Shown: positions 25,282 through 32,296 of the stretch, piece by piece
Position numbering within the stretch: position 1 is the stretch's first letter
Layout: each line of letters opens with the position of its first letter
Origin: Longimicrobiaceae bacterium
GTDB lineage: Bacteria > Gemmatimonadota > Gemmatimonadetes > Longimicrobiales > Longimicrobiaceae
Length of the DNA stretch: 51,827 nucleotides
Assembly (NCBI GenBank): GCA_035696245.1
Contig: DASRQW010000273.1
Span: 1-51,827 of the forward strand
Direction of reading: 5' to 3'
Notes under the pieces: model-generated
What the model was told of the DNA's origin: nothing
What the model saw: the letters and a program-made list of their open reading frames with translations, nothing else
Databases searched by the model: none
Program-made: the position numbers and the translations under genes

Positions 25282-28044
25282 TTGCCGCGTACCGCACGCA
25301 ACCGCGCGCCCGTGATCGGGCGCTTCGGCGGGCTGCCCGCGGAGACGGTGGAGGCGTTCTCCACCGCCCTCTGCGGCGCCGCGGACGCGCTGGCTGCGCT
25401 CGAGTCGGAGCTGGCCGGGTGCCGCGAGGCGCTGGCCGACCGGCTGCACGACGCGGTGCCGGGCGCCGCGCTGGAGCTGCGCCGGCTGCTGCTGGCGGTG
25501 CGCCGCGACTGCCATAACGGGCGCGGCATCGCCCGGCACCGGCGCTCGCCGCAGTGGCCGCTGGTGGCGGACGCGGCGGGTTCGCTCGCCGGGCAGGTGG
25601 GCGAGCTGGAAGACCGCGTGGCGGATGCCTGGGCCGCGTTCCGCAGCGACTACGAAGCGGAGCGCGACCGCCAGAGGGGCGCCCTGCGCGAGCCGCTGCG
25701 GGACCGCGCGTTCATGCGCGGCCTCGCCCTGGCGAGCCCCGACCTGTACGACGCCTGCCGGCAGCTCGCCGCCTCGCCCACCGTCGCGCGGAAGGATGCG
25801 AAGAGCGAGGCGGCCCTGCTCCGCTACGTGGTGCGCGCGGCGCTCAAGACCTCGCCGTTCTCCACCTTCACGCCCGTGTCGGTGGGCGCGGCGGATGGAG
25901 ATGCGGGCGCGGCCGGCCTCCGCATCGCCGGCGGGGAGACGGAGCCGCGGTCGCTGGTGCGGCTCAAGCGCTTCCGCCTGGGCCAGCTCAGCGACGCGCT
26001 CTGTAGGTACGCTCCCTTCCGCGACGGCCTGCGCGTGGTGTTGAACGACTCGGCCGAGGACACGGAGCCGGGGCGCGCACTGCTGCTGCGGCCGGGCTGC
26101 TGGGAGGGAGCGGCCGACCGCGGCACGCTGCGCTACCGCGCCGATGCGCTGGTCCGCGTGGGCATCGCCGCCCCGCTCGTCCGGCGCGCCATGGAGCTCC
26201 TGGCCGAGGGCCGCCACACGTTCGGCGAGCTGGTGGCGCGAATCGAGGGCGAAGGCGCACCGGAAGATGCCGCATCCGCCCCGAGCCAGCTGGAACGGCT
26301 GGCGGAGCTGGGGATGCTGCGGCTGGTGCTGCCGTGGCCGTCGCAGGCCGGGCACCTGGAGGCGCGGATGTGCGACGCCCTCCGCGCGCTTCCGTACGAC
26401 GCCGCGCTGGAGCCGTTCATCTCCCGGCTGGAGCGGCTGGTGGCGCTGGAGGAGGGCTACGCGCAGGCATCCGACCCCGCCGCGTCGCTCCGCGAGATGC
26501 GGCGCCTGGTGGACGAGCTGTGGGGTGCGGCCGCGGCGCTGGGCGGCCGGTCCTTCGCCGGCACCGCCTACCGCGGCACCGCGCGCTACGACCTGTACGA
26601 GGACGTCCTGCTCGTGCCCGGCGGGGCGGAGACCGCGCCGGCCTTCCACCTCTCCGGCGACGCCGCCCGCCGCGCGCTGCGAAGCGCCGAGCCGCTGGCG
26701 GACCTCGCCGCGCTCTGCGACGACCGGCAGGACTTCCGCGCCGCCCTCGCCGCCTTCGCGGCGGAGACGTGGCCGGGACGCGGCGAGGTGGGCGTGCTGG
26801 AGCTGTTCTCGGCCGCGCAGCCGCTGTGGCAGGCGTACCTGGCGTTCCGCGCCGCGGGTTTCCAGGAACGCGACCCCGGACGGACGTGGAACCCGCGCGG
26901 CCTGCCGGAGGTGGAGACGCTCCGGGCCTGCCGCGCCATGGTGATGGACCGCCTGGCGGGGTGCGTGGAGACGCTGCCGGACGGCGACGCGTGCGTGGAC
27001 GAGGACCGGCTGCGGTCGCTGATCGGCGCGGTGCCGTCCGGCCTCACGGACGGCGGCGGCGGCGGGGCGTGCCTCTTTCTCCAGCCCGCCAGCCGCGACG
27101 GCTCGCTCTGGCGGCTGAACGCGGTGCGCGAGGGCACCGGCCGCTGCGGGAGCCGCTACACCCCCGCCATGCCCGCCGCGCTCCGCCGGGAGTACGCCGC
27201 GCACCTCCGCGCCCGCGGCACCGTCACCGTGGACGGCGAGCGGGCGGAGCTGCTGGACCTGTTCGCGGTGCAGGGCGACACGCTGAACGTGCACGCGCCC
27301 CAGACCCCCGCCGTGCTCGCCTTCCCCGGCGAGCGGACGGGGGTAGCGCCGCACCGCCGCGTGCCGCTGGGCGACCTGCGCGTGTGCTTCGACGGTCCCG
27401 CCGGGCGCATCGCGCTGCGCGGTGTGGACGGGCGGAGGTTCGTGCCGGTCCACCTGGGTCTTGCGTACGAGGCGTACATGCCGCCGGTGGTGCGCTTCCT
27501 CATGGCGCTGGGGCCCAGCGAGCGCGGCTCCATCCTTCCGCCCGCTCCCGAGCGCGCGGAAGGGGAGGTGCGGATTCGCGCGCGCACGACGCTGGGCAAC
27601 CTGGTCGTCCACCGCCGCGCGTGGTCCGTCCCCGCCGCCCCGCTCGCCGCCGCGCTGGCCGCGACCGACGACGCACGCGCTTTCGCCGACGCCAACCGGC
27701 TCCGTGCCGGGTGGGGCATCCCGGAGCGCGCCTTCGTCCGCGAGGCCATGACGCACCCCCTGGCCGGCACCGTCCGCAAGCCCCGCTACGTGGACTTCAC
27801 GTCGCCGCTCTTCCTTTCCGTGCTGCGCGAGCTGGCGGCCACGGGCGAGGAGCGCATCACCGTCGAAGAGATGCTTCCCGACCCCGCGATGCTCCCGCGC
27901 GACGCCGCGGGGCGGAGCCGGGCCGTGGAAGTCTTGGTCGACTCGCTGGCCCTGCGCCGGCGCACGCAACGCGCGGAGGCCGCTCCGCTCCGCCGTACCC
28001 GCGCCCGCACTGGGCGCACCCCCGCCGGCACCGCCGCCGGGTGA
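25282..28044 (+). CDS. Stand-alone LanB-type dehydratase N-terminal (glutamylation) protein (920 aa)
   Basis: The TTG start lies 4 nt after the upstream stop. VIGRFGGLPAETV...LRRLLLAVRRDCHNGR...FMRGLALASPDLYDA...EAALLRYVVRAALKTSPFSTFTPVSVG... follows the conserved LanB N-domain pattern (L.RY..R...R.TPFG.F). The size fits split-LanB glutamylation proteins. There is no C-terminal elimination domain. Confidence 0.85.
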   Translation: MPRTARNRAPVIGRFGGLPAETVEAFSTALCGAADALAALESELAGCREALADRLHDAVPGAALELRRLLLAVRRDCHNGRGIARHRRSPQWPLVADAAGSLAGQVGELEDRVADAWAAFRSDYEAERDRQRGALREPLRDRAFMRGLALASPDLYDACRQLAASPTVARKDAKSEAALLRYVVRAALKTSPFSTFTPVSVGAADGDAGAAGLRIAGGETEPRSLVRLKRFRLGQLSDALCRYAPFRDGLRVVLNDSAEDTEPGRALLLRPGCWEGAADRGTLRYRADALVRVGIAAPLVRRAMELLAEGRHTFGELVARIEGEGAPEDAASAPSQLERLAELGMLRLVLPWPSQAGHLEARMCDALRALPYDAALEPFISRLERLVALEEGYAQASDPAASLREMRRLVDELWGAAAALGGRSFAGTAYRGTARYDLYEDVLLVPGGAETAPAFHLSGDAARRALRSAEPLADLAALCDDRQDFRAALAAFAAETWPGRGEVGVLELFSAAQPLWQAYLAFRAAGFQERDPGRTWNPRGLPEVETLRACRAMVMDRLAGCVETLPDGDACVDEDRLRSLIGAVPSGLTDGGGGGACLFLQPASRDGSLWRLNAVREGTGRCGSRYTPAMPAALRREYAAHLRARGTVTVDGERAELLDLFAVQGDTLNVHAPQTPAVLAFPGERTGVAPHRRVPLGDLRVCFDGPAGRIALRGVDGRRFVPVHLGLAYEAYMPPVVRFLMALGPSERGSILPPAPERAEGEVRIRARTTLGNLVVHRRAWSVPAAPLAAALAATDDARAFADANRLRAGWGIPERAFVREAMTHPLAGTVRKPRYVDFTSPLFLSVLRELAATGEERITVEEMLPDPAMLPRDAAGRSRAVEVLVDSLALRRRTQRAEAAPLRRTRARTGRTPAGTAAG

Positions 28045-28094
28045 TCCATCCCGGGCCGTCCGGCCCGGGCCACAACCCCTCCAGGAGGCACACC

Positions 28095-28214
28095 ATGGCT
28101 CAGGACACCAACCAGCAGGACGCCGAGATCCAGCCCCTCTCGGACGAGTCGCTCGAGGAAGTCGCCGGCGGCGTCTGCTCGTGGAGCGGCTGCTCGAACA
28201 GCGCCTCGCTGTAA
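28095..28214 (+). CDS. Precursor peptide P1 (39 aa)
   Basis: AGGAGG lies 6 nt upstream. MAQDTNQQDAEIQPLSDESLEEVAGG|VCSWSGCSNSASL. Confidence 0.85.
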   Translation: MAQDTNQQDAEIQPLSDESLEEVAGGVCSWSGCSNSASL

Positions 28215-28278
28215 GCTCGCACAACGTCTCCAGGCCGGCACCGGCCCGGAACACCCCCTCACCACATGGAGGCACACC

Positions 28279-28392
28279 ATGGCTCAGGACACCAACCAGC
28301 AGGACGCCGACATCCAGCCCCTCTCGGATGAGTCGCTCGAGGAAGTCGCCGGCGGCCTCTGCTCGTGGAGCGGCTGCTCGAACAGCGCCTGA
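28279..28392 (+). CDS. Precursor peptide P2 (37 aa)
   Basis: GGAGG SD. MAQDTNQQDADIQPLSDESLEEVAGG|LCSWSGCSNSA. Confidence 0.85.
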   Translation: MAQDTNQQDADIQPLSDESLEEVAGGLCSWSGCSNSA

Positions 28393-28454
28393 TCTTCGAC
28401 CCCGCCGGGCCGCCCCGGCCCGGACCCCTGAACACCCACTCAAGGAGGCACATC

Positions 28455-28589
28455 ATGGCTCAGGATCCCAACCAGCAGGACGACATCCAGCCCCTCTCGG
28501 ATGAGTCGCTCGAGGAAGTCGCCGGCGGCGTCTGCTCGTGGAGCGGCTGCTCGAACGGCGCCAGCGCGCCCGCACCTACGGTCGACTAA
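28455..28589 (+). CDS. Precursor peptide P3 (44 aa)
   Basis: AGGAGG SD. MAQDPNQQDDIQPLSDESLEEVAGG|VCSWSGCSNGASAPAPTVD. Confidence 0.85.
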   Translation: MAQDPNQQDDIQPLSDESLEEVAGGVCSWSGCSNGASAPAPTVD

Positions 28590-28598
28590 GAGGACGGC

Positions 28599-28712
28599 AA
28601 GGCTCAGCATCTCGACCAGCACGCCGCCGGCATCCAGTCCCTCCCTGACGAGTCGCTGGAGGAAGTGGCCGGCGGAGTGTGCTGGTGGAGCTGCTGCCCG
28701 AACAGCGACTGA
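28599..28712 (+). pseudogene. Decayed precursor copy psi-P4 (start codon ATG changed to AAG; both invariant Ser lost)
   Basis: AAG GCT CAG CAT... aligns with ATG GCT CAG GAT... of its neighbours. It would read KAQHLDQHAAGIQSLPDESLEEVAGG|VCWWSCCPNSD. No alternative start is available and the SD is degraded (AAGAGGAC). Confidence 0.7.
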
Positions 28713-28772
28713 TCTCGTTCCACCGTCCGGGCCCCGACGGCGCGGACCACACTCCAACTGAAGAGGCACACC

Positions 28773-28907
28773 ATGGCACAGGATCCCAACCAGCAGGACG
28801 ACATCCAGCCGCTCTCGGACGAGTCGCTGGAGGAAGTGGCGGGGGGCATCTGCTCGGTCAGCAGCTGCTCGAACACCACCACCAGCACGAAGCCTTCGGG
28901 CAGCTAG
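28773..28907 (+). CDS. Precursor peptide P5 (44 aa)
   Basis: AGAGG SD. MAQDPNQQDDIQPLSDESLEEVAGG|ICSVSSCSNTTTSTKPSGS. Confidence 0.85.
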   Translation: MAQDPNQQDDIQPLSDESLEEVAGGICSVSSCSNTTTSTKPSGS

Positions 28908-28917
28908 GAGGCACACC

Positions 28918-29040
28918 ATGGCCCAAGATCCCAACCAGCAGGATGACATCCAGCCGCTCTCGGACGAATCGCTCGAGGAAGTGGCCGGCGGCATCTGCTC
29001 GTGGAGCGGGTGCTCGAACTCCTCGATCGTGCAGAAGTAG
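28918..29040 (+). CDS. Precursor peptide P6 (40 aa)
   Basis: AGGAGG SD overlapping the P5 stop. MAQDPNQQDDIQPLSDESLEEVAGG|ICSWSGCSNSSIVQK. Confidence 0.85.
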   Translation: MAQDPNQQDDIQPLSDESLEEVAGGICSWSGCSNSSIVQK

Positions 29041-29051
29041 TATCGACCGTG

Positions 29052-29077
29052 CGAGGGGGGGCGGCCTGCCCCCCTCG
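29052..29077 (+). terminator. Strong G/C hairpin closing the first precursor block (attenuator or mRNA-stabilising stem; no T tract)
   Basis: CGAGGGGGG (29052-60) / CCCCCCTCG (29069-77), 8-nt loop, 12 nt after the P6 stop. Confidence 0.45.
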
Positions 29078-29146
29078 CCCGGCACCCCGGCTTTCCTCCA
29101 ACCACGCGGAACCGTGACGCAGACAGCCTCGCCCGAAGCCGCCGCC

Positions 29147-29806
29147 ATGCCCTGGTTCGACCTCGTCTCGCTGTCGGGCGACGAGGGGCGGCGCTGGCGC
29201 GAGCAGTACGGGCGCTTCGACAGCGTGGCGAAGGGGATCATGGGCTCGGTGCCGCTCCTGCGCCGGGGCGAGATCGACACCGGCGCCCGCATGCTGAAGG
29301 ACGCGCGCGAGCAGCTCTCGGCCATGGACGTCGGCGACGAATCGATCCTCTCGGTGATGGAGCGCTGGTACCTGGGCGCGCTGGGGATGTACCACTACCG
29401 CCTCGCCGAGTTCGACGAGGCCGACCGCGTGATGGCGCGTGCCCACGAGCACATGGTGGACGCGGTCACCCGGCGCGGCTTCCTGGTTGTGCTGGCCGAC
29501 GAGGCGGTGGAGCTGCGGCTGCACCGCGCGCGCATCTCGCGCAACCGCCAGCGCTGGGCGGAGATGTGGGACCACATCTCCGCCGCGCGGGCCATGCGGG
29601 CGGGCGGCGAGCCGTTCTACGTGCTGCGCGACGGCAGGAGCGTGTGGCTCTCGGACGTGCGCGAGTTCCTGGAAGCGCTTCCCGCGGCGCCGGAGCAGCG
29701 GCCGGTGAAGCCGAACCTCCAGGATCCCACGCAGTGCCGCCAGGACATAGACCGCTGGATTCGCGACGTGCTGCGCATCCCTGACTCGGTCATCCACGCG
29801 CCCTGA
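29147..29806 (+). CDS. 219-aa protein of unknown function embedded between the two precursor blocks
   Basis: MPWFDLVSLSGDEGRRWREQYGRFDSVAKGIMGSVPLLRRGEIDTGARMLKDAREQL...; predicted all-helical and soluble. No LanC, protease or transporter motifs. An alternative GTG start is at 29114. Confidence 0.7.
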   Translation: MPWFDLVSLSGDEGRRWREQYGRFDSVAKGIMGSVPLLRRGEIDTGARMLKDAREQLSAMDVGDESILSVMERWYLGALGMYHYRLAEFDEADRVMARAHEHMVDAVTRRGFLVVLADEAVELRLHRARISRNRQRWAEMWDHISAARAMRAGGEPFYVLRDGRSVWLSDVREFLEALPAAPEQRPVKPNLQDPTQCRQDIDRWIRDVLRIPDSVIHAP

Positions 29807-29882
29807 TCCCGCACGCGCGCTCGCCCGGACGCCGGGCTCGCTTCCAAGCGGCGACTGGACCACCTTCCATCGAAAGCACGCC

Positions 29883-30017
29883 ATGAATCCCCAGGACCAG
29901 CAGGCCGAGCAGGCGATGGACGACGTGGAGGTCGAGCCGCTCCACGACGACGCGCTGGAGCAGGTCGCGGGCGGCAACATGTGCTCGCTCACCATGTGCT
30001 CGAACGTGTCGGTGTAG
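29883..30017 (+). CDS. Precursor peptide P7 (44 aa)
   Basis: MNPQDQQAEQAMDDVEVEPLHDDALEQVAGG|NMCSLTMCSNVSV. Weak SD. Confidence 0.75.
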   Translation: MNPQDQQAEQAMDDVEVEPLHDDALEQVAGGNMCSLTMCSNVSV

Positions 30018-30089
30018 GCTGCGAACCCGCGCGTCCCTGCCGGACATCCGCCGCGGACGTGGAAACAGCTCACGAAGAGCCGGAAGATC

Positions 30090-30218
30090 ATGTCGAAGCA
30101 AGCGCAGATGGAGCAGCAGCCGGACGAAGTGCTGGTGGACGCGATCACCGACGAGTCGCTGGAGGAGGTCGCGGGCGGCATCTGCTCGATGGTCAACTGC
30201 TCGAACGTCCCGGACTGA
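30090..30218 (+). CDS. Precursor peptide P8 (42 aa)
   Basis: MSKQAQMEQQPDEVLVDAITDESLEEVAGG|ICSMVNCSNVPD. Confidence 0.75.
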   Translation: MSKQAQMEQQPDEVLVDAITDESLEEVAGGICSMVNCSNVPD

Positions 30219-30351
30219 CCGCCGCGATCGGCCCGAGTCCTCGCGGGGCGGGCGATGCGGCCGGCCGTCGATCCCCGCTCAGAATCCACGGCCGCGCAGG
30301 CGACGCCGCCCGGACGCGGACAGGTTCAACCTTGCAGCGAAGGAGGTCGTG

Positions 30352-30477
30352 ATGCCGCCGGAAGAACAGCGCAGCGACGCGTTGGAGGATGCGGAGATCG
30401 AGCCGCTCCACGAAGAAGCGCTCGAAGAGGTGGCGAAGGGGCCCTGTTCCCTGACCTACTGCTCCAACCAGGGCTGA
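30352..30477 (+). CDS. Precursor peptide P9 (41 aa; KG instead of GG)
   Basis: AGGAGG lies 5 nt upstream. MPPEEQRSDALEDAEIEPLHEEALEEVAKG|PCSLTYCSNQG. Confidence 0.75.
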   Translation: MPPEEQRSDALEDAEIEPLHEEALEEVAKGPCSLTYCSNQG

Positions 30478-30603
30478 CCGGTCCGGTGGACGTCACCCGC
30501 CCTTCGATGATCGGACGCGTGCGGTCCATAGCGATTCGGTCCACACCGCGCCGGTTTATACCACCGGCGCGAACCGTTTCCACTCGCAACGAGGCAGGCT
30601 CCA

Positions 30604-30732
30604 GTGCCCCAGAACGACGAACAGCGCTCGGACGCGGTGAACGAGGCGGAGGTCGAGCCGCTCCAGGACGACGCGCTCGAAGAGGTGGCAGGCGGAATGT
30701 GCTCCTGGGCCTACTGCTCGGCGCAGGTGTAG
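30604..30732 (+). CDS. Precursor peptide P10 (42 aa, GTG start)
   Basis: GAGG lies 9 nt before the GTG. (M)PQNDEQRSDAVNEAEVEPLQDDALEEVAGG|MCSWAYCSAQV. No in-frame ATG is available. Confidence 0.7.
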   Translation: MPQNDEQRSDAVNEAEVEPLQDDALEEVAGGMCSWAYCSAQV

Positions 30733-30868
30733 CCGGCCCGATGGGCACGACGCCGCGCCGTCGGATGGTGGCGCGCCGCGCTCCGTGCATCTTCTCGCCG
30801 TCACCGAAATGCTGTGGCTCGCGGGCAGACGCACGCGGGCAGACAATCTCACGGGAGGCAAGACGATC

Positions 30869-31003
30869 ATGTCCCAGGATCCACAGGTGGAGCAGGGCGT
30901 CGCGGACGCCGAGATCGAGCCGCTTCACGACGCGGCGCTGGAAGAGGTCGCCGGTGGCAACGGCTGCTCGATGGCCTACTGCTCGTACGTCGAGCCGGCG
31001 TAG
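30869..31003 (+). CDS. Precursor peptide P11 (44 aa)
   Basis: GGGAGG SD. MSQDPQVEQGVADAEIEPLHDAALEEVAGG|NGCSMAYCSYVEPA. Confidence 0.75.
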   Translation: MSQDPQVEQGVADAEIEPLHDAALEEVAGGNGCSMAYCSYVEPA

Positions 31004-31104
31004 GCCGCGGCCACCGAGCACATCTCGACAGGCCGCACGCCGGCGGCTCCACCGCACGACGAGCCCGGCGCACGGCCGGGAAAACCCACACCGAGGTGAC
31101 CGCC

Positions 31105-31236
31105 ATGTCGCAGGACATGCAGGCCCAGCAGGCGATCGAAGCGGCGGACGTCGAGCCACTCGCTGACGAGTCGCTGGAGGAGGTCGCGGGCGGCATCTGC
31201 TCCCTCACCGCCTGCTCCAACAGCAAGGAGCTGTGA
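31105..31236 (+). CDS. Precursor peptide P12 (43 aa)
   Basis: GAGGTG SD. MSQDMQAQQAIEAADVEPLADESLEEVAGG|ICSLTACSNSKEL. Confidence 0.75.
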   Translation: MSQDMQAQQAIEAADVEPLADESLEEVAGGICSLTACSNSKEL

Positions 31237-31242
31237 CGCTCC

Positions 31243-31275
31243 CGGCACTCCCGGCGTCCGACACCGGGAGTGCCG
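31243..31275 (+). terminator. 12-bp perfect hairpin after the last precursor gene (attenuator-like; no T tract)
   Basis: CGGCACTCCCGG (31243-54) / CCGGGAGTGCCG (31264-75), 9-nt loop, 7 nt after the P12 stop. Confidence 0.5.
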
Positions 31276-31384
31276 CCTCGTGAAGCTCCGGCATGCCACC
31301 GGCTGGGGAAGCGCGCGCGCCCGGAAGCGTGCGATCCCGGCTCACGGCAGCTCGTCCGCGCCGCCCACCACGCACCCTCGCACC

Positions 31385-32296
31385 ATGAAGCATCTCGCTC
31401 TCAACGTCTACCTTCGCGGTCGCGCGGCGCAGGATCGGCTGCTGGCCGAGTGCGTCGGCCCGGCGGTGGAGGAGATGCGGGGCAGCGGCCTCGTCCGCCG
31501 CTTCTGGTTCCAGCCGTTCGACGCGCGCGGCCCGCACGTCGGCGTCGTCCTCGGCGTCGCGGACGACGCGGCGGATGAGGTACGGGCGGAGTTTTCGGCG
31601 CGCCTGGAAGCCTTCCTCGCCACGCATCCCTCCACCGAGCCGCTGAGCGACGAGGAGGTGGCGCGGCGTCACGCCGAGTGCCGCGGCAAGCGGCTCTGCT
31701 CGATCGACGCGGAACCGGGCATCGCCGCGCCCGGCACCTTCGCGTTCGCGGAAGAGGCCGCCCCGCGCTACCCCTTCGGCCCGATGCCGCAGCCCGGGGC
31801 GGACGACCGGGCGGGGGAGATGATGTGCGGCCTGGCGCTGTGGAGCATCGGCCATCTGCGCGCCGGCACGGGCTCGCGCGCGGCCGTGCGATGGGCGGCA
31901 TCCGTGGACCTGGCTCTTCGCGAGAGCGGCGAGGCGGCGGACGACTACTGGCGCCGCCACGCGTCCACTCTGCTCGTGGGGCTGGACGAACGGTACGATG
32001 CCGACCCGGAGGCGATCGTCTCGCGCTTGCGCGAGCTGGTCGGCGACCGCAACCGCGACGCGTTTGCGCGGGCGTGGGCGGAGGTCGAAGCCGACGGGCC
32101 GCCGTGGTCTTCCGCGACCGAGCTCGTGGAGCACGCGCTCCGCGAGGGCGCCCAGTCGCCGCACGGACGATGGGGAGTGCTGCGGGAGGTGAACCACTGC
32201 GTGCTGCTCCAGCTCGGGCAGATGGTGCGGCTGCACGTGCCGCTGGTGCTGTACGCGTGGCTGCGCGGCTCGCCCGTCGCCGCGGTGGCTTCGTGA
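31385..32296 (+). CDS. Stand-alone SpaB_C / TIGR03891-type protein, paralogue 2 (303 aa)
   Basis: MKHLALNVYLRGRAAQDRLLAECVGPAVEEMRGSGLVRRFWFQPFDARGPHVGVVLG... has the same N-terminal architecture as the other two, but the RY..GPH.R.R signature is degenerate (FQPFDARGPHVGVV). Confidence 0.75.
   Translation: MKHLALNVYLRGRAAQDRLLAECVGPAVEEMRGSGLVRRFWFQPFDARGPHVGVVLGVADDAADEVRAEFSARLEAFLATHPSTEPLSDEEVARRHAECRGKRLCSIDAEPGIAAPGTFAFAEEAAPRYPFGPMPQPGADDRAGEMMCGLALWSIGHLRAGTGSRAAVRWAASVDLALRESGEAADDYWRRHASTLLVGLDERYDADPEAIVSRLRELVGDRNRDAFARAWAEVEADGPPWSSATELVEHALREGAQSPHGRWGVLREVNHCVLLQLGQMVRLHVPLVLYAWLRGSPVAAVAS

Larger units (their letters stand above)
28046..29040 (+). repeat. Tandem array of six ~145-185-bp units (GC hairpin + GGAGGCACACC-ATG + leader + variable core)
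   Basis: ATGs lie at 28095, 28279, 28455, (28599 decayed), 28773 and 28918. Leader-coding DNA is nearly identical between units; the core-coding 3' parts diverge. Confidence 0.8.

Noticed and set aside
24235-28443. 1402-aa minus-strand ORF covering the SpaB_C-1 and LanB-type genes and the first precursors
   Set aside because: It is antisense to genes with clear family signatures. Its translation is Arg/Ala/Gly/Pro-rich low-complexity with no motif, the typical stop-free antisense frame of high-GC DNA.
29147-29806. Considered whether the 219-aa protein could be the missing LanC cyclase or a leader peptidase
   Set aside because: It is far shorter than LanC, lacks the Zn-ligand motifs (WCxG, CHG) and has no protease catalytic motifs visible. 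It is left as unknown.
28046-31240. Periodic repeat-plus-variable-segment structure that superficially resembles a CRISPR array
   Set aside because: The repeat units are 145-265 bp. Each contains an SD, a start codon and a translatable leader, and the variable part is an in-frame peptide core ending in a stop. No short direct repeats with fixed spacers and no cas genes are present.
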